DNA of 64,000 bases from the NCBI RefSeq assembly GCF_006345805.1, contig NW_021832231.1, forward strand, positions 1 to 64,000. The letters are read 5' to 3'. This stretch comes from Octopus sinensis. Taxonomy: Eukaryota. Shown piece by piece: positions 60,224-64,000 of this stretch. Below the pieces are notes generated by a model that had not been told where the DNA came from, did no database searches, and saw only the letters and a list, made by a program, of their open reading frames with translations. Made by a program: the position numbers and the translations under genes. Position 1 is the stretch's first letter; the number at the start of each line of letters is the position of its first letter.

Positions 60224-62450
60224 ATGCTCACCGCTCACAACTCGCCCATCCCTCCCACACGCCATGCCTCCCAACGTCCTGCCAAGGTTGCCCCCCACTG
60301 TCCACCCCAGCTTAAGTTTCTCATAAACGGGGACCCCAATTACTGCGGAATGACCATTATTCTTAGTCCCACGTCTAATTTCCACGCCCTCCTGCGACTG
60401 CTCAGTAAAAAGCTGCCAATCTCGGCCAACATTCCCAACGGAGTACGTCGGATTTACAGTCTCGAGACATGCAGACAAGTCAGGAGCATTGCCGAGTTGC
60501 GAGATGGGGCATATTATATTTGCTCGGGGTTTGAAAGTCTGAAACACGGCCGCTTCCTCGCCAACGGTACGATGACTGGCTCATTTTAGAGGCGGGACTC
60601 AAAAAGGCGATGGCCAACCACAGGTTCGATGTCAATCCCGTCCTCGCGTGGAATTCTCGCCAAAAAGTAGCCAAAAGAAGGCCAGATGACAATGTCATGA
60701 AGACCCGAGAAGTCAAATTATTGAACGAGAGGGCGTGTACGAGCAAAATTGTGACAATTTGGGAGTATGGCCCCCCTCCCTGCAAGAAAATATGTTTGAT
60801 GGTGGCCCAAAATTCGCCACGGCTAGCCAACTTTGGTCGGTTCGTGGGGGACATTGCAGACCATTTCAGCAAACTAAACCAACGTGGGAGAACTCACGGC
60901 ACGCTGTACTCCATTCAGGGGACAATAATGAGCAATACAAGTGACTTGTTCTGCAAGGAATCGGTCTTTTTGTTTGTGCCACTCAGTCTGGCTGTCAAAC
61001 TCTCGATTATTCGGGACATGCTCATCAGCATCTACTCTGACGGGATGTATGCGGCCCAGCTCGTCTGCTGTTGGGCGCAAGTCCTCAAAGCATCGGACAC
61101 GATACACAAATCGTTCAAAACCAGGAGACCCGAAGTCGTCAAACCCCGAATTGACAAAAAGTCGTCGAATATCCCGCATTTCCCCCCAATTTCACAAAAA
61201 GCAGCTCAAATCGATTCGCCAGCAATCAAAACAAAGTGCCACTAAGTGTGTATAATGAGTAGTAAAAACAACATTGACGTTCGGCCCAAAAACAAAAGAG
61301 TGGTGATTAAACCCCTCAAACGCTCCAAAAGCCCGGAGACGACGGCGTTTGAGAGCAAGGCAATCAAGACGGAATGTCCCAAATTGTACCCCTCGACCAC
61401 CGTTGGCCAATTGTGATGATTCCCAGAAAAGAGTGGCCGAACTGCCCAAGAAAGTCTGCTTCTGCCAGGAATATTTGCTCCACGGGAAAATCGGTGACGG
61501 AAACTTCGCGGTGGTCTACAGAGCCAAGAAAATAGAGACTGGTAGTGGAGTGGAGTGAGACCAAGGCCGTGTGTTCGCAGTGAAAATAGTGGACAAAAGC
61601 AAGTACAGCGGGAAGCAAGTGCTTTTGAAGCAGGAAATCGACATTCTTCGGCAGTGCGCGCACGAAAACATTGTGAGGTTGGTGGAGACATTCGACAGTC
61701 CGGGTGAGGTGCACGTGGTGATGGAATTGGCGGAGGTGGGCCACTGGGGTCATTGTAGGCGGGGGATTTGTTCGACTTGATCAAACTGCATGCCAAGTTC
61801 CCCGAGAAAACCTCCGCGGGGATGGTGAAGGACATTGCCAGTGCCCTGTTCTACCTCCATTCGCGACAAATAATGCACAGGGACGTCAAGCCGGAGAACA
61901 TTCTCGTTGTCCTCTGCCTCTACTGTAGGTCTTCCAAAACAAGAACGGGACCACTCGTCTCAAACTGGGGGACTTTGGGTTGGCCATGCAGGCCACCACG
62001 CTGACATACACTGTGTGCGGGACTCCCACTTATGTGGCCCCCGAAATCCTCAAGCAAGTGGGGTATGGCGTGGAAGTGGACTGTTGGGCACTGGGGGTCA
62101 TTTGTTATCTGTTCATTGTGGGGTTCCCTCCCTTCCGTTCTCCCGACGGGCGGCAGACTGGTCTGTTCGATCTGATAAAGCGGGGGACTTTTGCGTTTAT
62201 GAGGCCCCACTGGGACTCGGCTGCATCCTGTAGGCCACTCATTTCACGTGCAGCTGTCAAGGATTTGATATCCCATTTGCTGAGGACGGACAGACACAAA
62301 CGGTTCAAGGCGATCGACGTGTTGTGTCATCCTTGGATACTGTCCCGGGGCAACAGTGTCGACCTCCCCGACCGACTAGACGTCCTCAGGTCACAGAGCA
62401 GACTCGCGTTGGAAAGGGAGGCACTCCAGGCCAATCAGTTGATAGTCTAA
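60224..62450 (+). CDS. DCLK: Doublecortin-like kinase (DCX domain, degenerate second DCX, CAMK-type kinase)
   Basis: FLINGDPNY...GVRRIYS...YICSGFE; IGDGNFAVV; HRDVKPEN; KLGDFG; CGTPTYVAPE; GFPPFRS. Start may lie further upstream. Confidence 0.88.
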
Positions 62451-62580
62451 CTGCTTTTAATCGATTTGTAATTTACTGAGAGGTACATTGGGGTACATTA
62501 ATGATCACTAATGACCTATTGATGTGCCACAAATAACCACTAATTAGTCCCATGCGGGATGTACAATTATATAAGAAAGC

Positions 62581-64000
62581 ATGTCCACCACCCCCACGAT
62601 GAGGACGAGGCCGACGGTGGGCAATCTTGGACTGCGCGCGCCTCAAAACACCTTCCTGGACGAAATAATCTCCCGATTCGACAAGAAAGGTGAATGTGTG
62701 AGTTAGCAAAGATGTCATGATCATCCTCGGAAACCAGAACTTGCCCGGCTGCCCTTTCGTCCACTGCAGCAAAGCATTCAGCACTTTTTTCGGATATAAA
62801 AAAGAAGAAATCATTGGGCAAAGTCTGTTCAGAGGATTCATTTCCGGCAACTTGACCGACCAGTCCAAAGTCCGAGATATAAAGGACTGTCTGGATGCCA
62901 ACCGGGGCATAAAAGTATCTCTGATGCTCTACACGAAAAGCGGTGGGTGTTTGTGGTTACCTGTAGGCCGCAGTCTGTTCTTCTCCGTGGAAATGTCGCC
63001 CGTGTCCGACGTGGGCAACAACCCGATCTTGTACCTGGTCACATTCCAGGAAATGAAATCCAAATATTCGCAAAACAGTTCGTCGCGTATTGCCTTCCCT
63101 CATCTGCGTAGACCGGAAAGTTATGCGGTCACTTCGATGCAAGTTTTCCAAGACGAACCCCAACCTGAAGCCCTCAGTGCTCTCGGTGGTGGGTGTATGC
63201 AACAGGCCTAGTTGATGAACTTGAACGACGAGCCACTCCCCAAGTATCGCGTGGAGGTCCCGAAGAGTGGGTCGTTCATAATCCTGCACTACTCCAATTC
63301 CAAAACGTCGTGGGACTGGATTATCCTCCTCCTGACTTTCTACACGGCCATCATGGAACCGTTTTACGTCTCATTCAACTTTGGACAACGCAACCTGGGG
63401 ATTATCATTTCCGACTTGATTGTGGACGCCATCTTTTTTGTGGACCTCGTTTTGAACTTCCGGACAACCTTCGTGGACGGCAATGGGAAAATAATATCCG
63501 ACCCGAGACTGATTCGACGGAATTATTTCAAAACGTTTTTCATAATCGACTTGTTGTCGTGTCTGCCATACAACGCCATCCAACAGACCAATCTCAGTAA
63601 CAGGGTTTGTGTCTCCTCTCATTCTGCAAGGGGGCAGAACTCCTGGCCCTCCTCAAAGTGGCCAAAATGCTGCGCCTCCTAAAAGTTGCCCGAAAGTTGG
63701 ATCACTACTTAGAATATGGGGCGGCAGTGCTGGGAATCCTCATTTGCCTGTTTTTGCTGACCGCCCATTGGTTTGCCTGTATTTGGTACGTCATCGGGAA
63801 ACAAGAACTGGAGCGCAATGTCACCTATGGCTGGCTCTCCAAGGTGCGGGCTGAGACCAAAACAAGTATTCCTGTGTGTGACAGAGCAGACCACCTGGGA
63901 ATGAGCTATTTGTCTGCCCTGTACTACACCATGACTTGCATGACGAGCATCGGCTTCGGGAACATTGCCCCCACCACGATGAGTGAGAAAGTATTCACCA
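62581..64000 (+). CDS. KCNH: EAG-subfamily (KCNH1/5-like) voltage-gated K+ channel, cut by window edge
   Basis: APQNTFLD PAS cap; IILHY...WDWIILLLTFYTAI; ARKLDHYLEYGAAVL; pore TMTCMTSIGFGNIAP. Confidence 0.93.

Overview
Eukaryotic, almost certainly animal, genomic DNA with miniature spliceosomal introns: nearly every intron I could resolve is 21-34 nt, most often about 22-28 nt. SIX, MRPL51, EAG channel, DCLK, TMEM231 and CCDC57 point to a ciliated metazoan. A dicyemid mesozoan is my best guess, inferred from intron size and not shown by the sequence. The window has very dense, GC-richer gene islands separated by AT-rich transposon-rich spacers. Island A is CCDC57-like, Rabaptin-like, eIF6, ABCB7, DNAJC3 and a SIX homeobox gene (31.5-40.4 kb), with a nearly identical second copy at 1-7.3 kb. 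Island B is RNASEK, MRPL51, TMEM231, Arfaptin, PRIM1, DCLK and KCNH/EAG (55.1-64 kb). The spacer at 7.3-31.5 kb holds an intact AT-rich RRM1, a C-type lectin gene, a solitary divergent 5S rRNA, a Helitron carrying a higher-order minisatellite, Ginger-type DNA transposons with host-sized introns and telomere-like repeats, and many CRE-like RLE retrotransposons. Most notable: (1) a full-length CRE-like element with an N-terminal PHD finger, in a family whose target-site duplications share no sequence; (2) a CRE-like insertion flanked by a 3.6-kb direct repeat with exact TSD geometry; (3) transposons carrying 22-28-nt introns; (4) frequent stop-free 24-nt introns. All family calls are by-eye motif recognition; no searches were run. 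Homopolymer-type indels suggest some long-read consensus error.
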